Part shown: positions 61,401-64,000 of the stretch, piece after piece
Numbering within the stretch: the stretch's first letter is position 1
How the letters are laid out: every line of letters starts with the position of its first letter
From: Entomortierella parvispora E1425
Taxonomy: Eukaryota; Fungi; Mortierellomycota
Length of the DNA stretch: 64,000 nucleotides
NCBI GenBank assembly: GCA_020891255.1
Contig: BQFW01000013.1
Span: forward strand, 1,488,001 to 1,552,000
Direction: 5' to 3'
Notes under the pieces: model-generated
The model's database searches: none
What the model was told of the DNA's origin: nothing
The model's input: the letters and a program-made list of their open reading frames with translations, nothing else
Translations under genes and position numbers: made by a program

Positions 61401-61770
61401 TCCCATCGCCACTAGTGGTTTGAACGTTCTCAACCACCTCGATCGAGCCTACATTAGAGCCAATACTCCTCTGTCTGGAAAGAGACACCTGCATCCTCCA
61501 TCTTCTGAAAATGCCTCGATCATGAGCATCAGGGCTGCCTCAACCGCCTCTACCGAAAGTTCTAGCGGATGCGGCGATGGAGAAGGAGGCGAAGAAGGAG
61601 GAGACAACTACCCCATCATCCAAGACGAAGAGTGCGCGATTTGCCTCTTTGACTTTGAAGACGGCGAGCAACTTCGTCACTTGCCATGCGACCATTTCTT
61701 TCATTTATCGTGTGTGGATCGTTGGCTTGTCAAGAACGCATTCTGTCCAAAATGCAAGCGTAGTATCTGA
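58438..61770 (+). CDS. Multi-TM RING-H2 E3 ubiquitin ligase with long Ser/Thr-rich loop; exons ~58438-59229, 59727-59925, ~60100-61770
   Basis: [42 protein letters not shown]; TM helices; AAIPIIIF pre-loop motif like IDAIPVIKF in the 32-34 kb gene. Confidence 0.88.
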
Positions 61771-61983
61771 GGGAGAGAGAGAGAAAAAAAAAAGAAAGAA
61801 AGAGAGCAACATGAATAGGGAAGGAGCAAAAAACAGCAACAACAACAGCAACAGCATCACCATCACCATCAACATCAACATGACAACCGTGTACAATAGC
61901 CAAACTGAAATGTCCATACACAATCTTCAACTACCATAATAAAAGCGTGTTTCCAGTTTTTTTTTTACATCAACATAAACTAT

Positions 61984-63649
61984 TTACTCCATGGACAAAG
62001 GTTCAAAGGATTCATTCTCATTGTTTGCACTTATTCGGGACCTTTTTGCCCCTCGACGAATCTCACTTTGGGTGTTGAACTCTTGGTCACTCCCCGAATC
62101 TGCAAGGCTGCTGTCTTGTTCGAATGTGAAAAAGTCTGAAAATCTGCTCTCTGAATCTGGATCTCTGTCTTTTGCCATGTCCAGCCCTTCTGCCGCCTCT
62201 GTCAGGACTCTTCCCTGACACAAAGAGGCAGAAGTGTCGTGTGTGTGGGTCAGTGACTTAGCTTCGGACGCGTGTCGCCTTTTAAAGGACTTGTTCAACA
62301 GTCGGTAGGCCACGGTCTCAAAGGCATGGAGGAGCAGTGTCCGGACATCATTCCTTGGTACGCAGGGGTACTGCATTCGCATGCGCTAGTGTGAATGCCA
62401 GAGACAAAAAAAAATAATTCAAAAAAAAATGAGGTTGGGTTGACGCGTCATGAACGCGCATGTCGCGAACCTTGATTTTTTTTTTCTGGGTTCCGTCCCC
62501 GGGTCTTCACCTTGATACTCTGATGCATTTTTCGTTGAACCACAGCGTGGGTAGATCTTTCATAGATCTGACAAATGGAGTCTGCCAATATTTCGTTGTG
62601 CCTTGTAATATGAAGGAAGCGATCCACGTCCTTGGGTGAAAACACAAGCGGGTGCTCTCTGGCCAAAGCCCTCATGATTTGCTTGAATGCAATGGACATT
62701 GCTTCAAATTCCAAGCAATCTGGCCCTAATCGTTCCAAGGGCGAGCGTGAGCCATTTTGACCACAGTCCATTTTGCGTGTTGACCAACAAATATCAAGGG
62801 TGATCCACCGGAGTTCAGTGCGTGCTTGGTGTTGCCCCACCGGAGGAAGCGCATTGGACTGGAAACGAATCCAAGCGCCTGTGTGTGTGACAAAGAGTAC
62901 TTGCGATTAATGCTTTGGCGCTGTTGACTTGCTCCCATTTGTTCTGTACCTTGTTCCCCAGGCTGACTTGATAGCTCGAATCTCGATATACCGTACTCTT
63001 CCCAACTCGATTGCATCCCAGTTGCACTGTCTTGCTGGGGACAGCAATATAAAAAAGATCAGAAGATGCTCGGCGACGGTCTGTTCAAAAATAAGGTACA
63101 TTTTTTCATCGAATTGTTATCACCTTGGGTTCGAGAAGGGACGAAAGGACGAGTTCATTGGAGTCAAAGTCAATGGTTTCGACATCATCCACGAAGTGCT
63201 TCCATTCGAGCCAGAGACAGCCACCGTTGACCCTGCAAGGAAGGGGAGGTCCCACCCAGAGCGCTTTCTGCATAGGTTGAGTCTCAGTTTCTACAACTTG
63301 GTGGCAACGGATCTTGAGGCTGGCAAGAGCTAAGCAGGGTGTAGCTGTCAGAGCATGATAATGACGGCAAAGACTGAAAGAGACTCTCAAGGTGCGATCA
63401 ATTTTGTCGCGGCCAACCTGGAAGCACAGACTTTGGCGAGGAGAGGGATGTGGAGGAGTCAGGGGTGCCCTGTCCTTGACCTTGACATTGATTCTGACCA
63501 GACCCGCAGGTGGATGCATCGGACACACGTTCCTGACCAGGGAGATTAGCGACGGTGACGAGGCTGCTTTCGAGGAGACGCATAGCGACGGTCGGAGTGA
63601 TGCTCCCTCGAGGTTGGCCATGGCTCTCACGGCGTGTCCTGGTGGTCAT
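61984..63649 (-). CDS. Multi-exon hypothetical protein
   Basis: Protein-like segments at 63649-~63420, ~63330-63125, ~63030-62825, ~62800-62500 and 62385-61984 flanked by plausible splice sites; no recognisable domain. Confidence 0.45.
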
Positions 63650-64000
63650 GGAGGCAAATCTTGTTCTTGTGTCCTTGTGGAAGGGAAGTACAGGGCGCAG
63701 CGAGGGGCGGGCGAAGGTCGAAGGGACAAAGGACGAGCAGAAGCGGCGGAAGGAAAAGAGTTTCGCAGTTTCGCTTTCTTTCTTTTGTCCGTATGTCCGT
63801 ATGTCTGGCGGTGCAATGCCAGTGGAATGCATTCATGCTCAGAGCTGAAAGCTGAATGAATGCAAAAGGGTAAAAGGGTCAAGGTCAATAGGCAAAGGGA
63901 AGGAAGGCAGGTGCATTGCTCCTTTTATTTTTCTCTTTTCTTTTTCGCTCCTTCTTTCCTTGTCACCATCCATTCACCCTTTCACCCTTTCACTCTTTCA

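Noticed and set aside
20631-61770. Apparent ubiquitin-proteasome gene cluster (CKS1, BSD2, two RING-H2, PSMD5, BTB, two F-box)
   Set aside because: These families are abundant genome-wide and are interspersed with unrelated housekeeping genes; no evidence of co-regulation
1-64000. tRNA, rRNA, snRNA genes or CRISPR arrays
   Set aside because: No cloverleaf with a proper T-arm, no rRNA signature and no regularly spaced repeat-spacer array found by eye; GTTCGA hits (e.g. near 8904, 59595) lack tRNA context

Overview
Gene-dense, intron-rich fungal genomic DNA. The style of the F-box/LRR genes, the non-RD TKL-like kinase and the intron signals suggest Mucoromycota, probably Mortierellaceae (inference, no database search run). 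About 24 protein genes can be reconstructed by hand: subtilisin (5'-truncated), PAS+GATA factor, large PH-domain protein, AIM41/YqeY, kinase, RPL22, CorA/ALR Mg transporter, COQ3, CKS1, 14-3-3, GIS2/CNBP, BSD2, two TM RING-H2 ligases, G3BP/Nxt3, PSMD5-like, SPC2, Est1/SMG5-like, MATH/BTB-like, DEG1/PUS3, a small His-rich ORF, two F-box/LRR genes and one hypothetical gene. A degenerate unknown gene lies at about 13.0-14.2 kb. The most notable accessory feature lies between 14-3-3 and GIS2 (about 26.8-28.8 kb): two divergently oriented remnants of Fanzor (eukaryotic TnpB-derived RNA-guided nuclease). One carries RuvC-I, the other RuvC-II, the zinc finger and RuvC-III, plus a probable spliceosomal intron and a downstream hairpin that could belong to an omega-RNA. 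Other points of interest are a CKS1 with a roughly 90-aa His/Gln extension and a 19-nt micro-exon, an overlapping uORF and degenerate PIN in the NMD-factor gene, a GC-AG intron in SPC2, and a 23%-His small protein. No tRNA, rRNA or CRISPR array was found. Exon boundaries are manual and unverified by RNA data.
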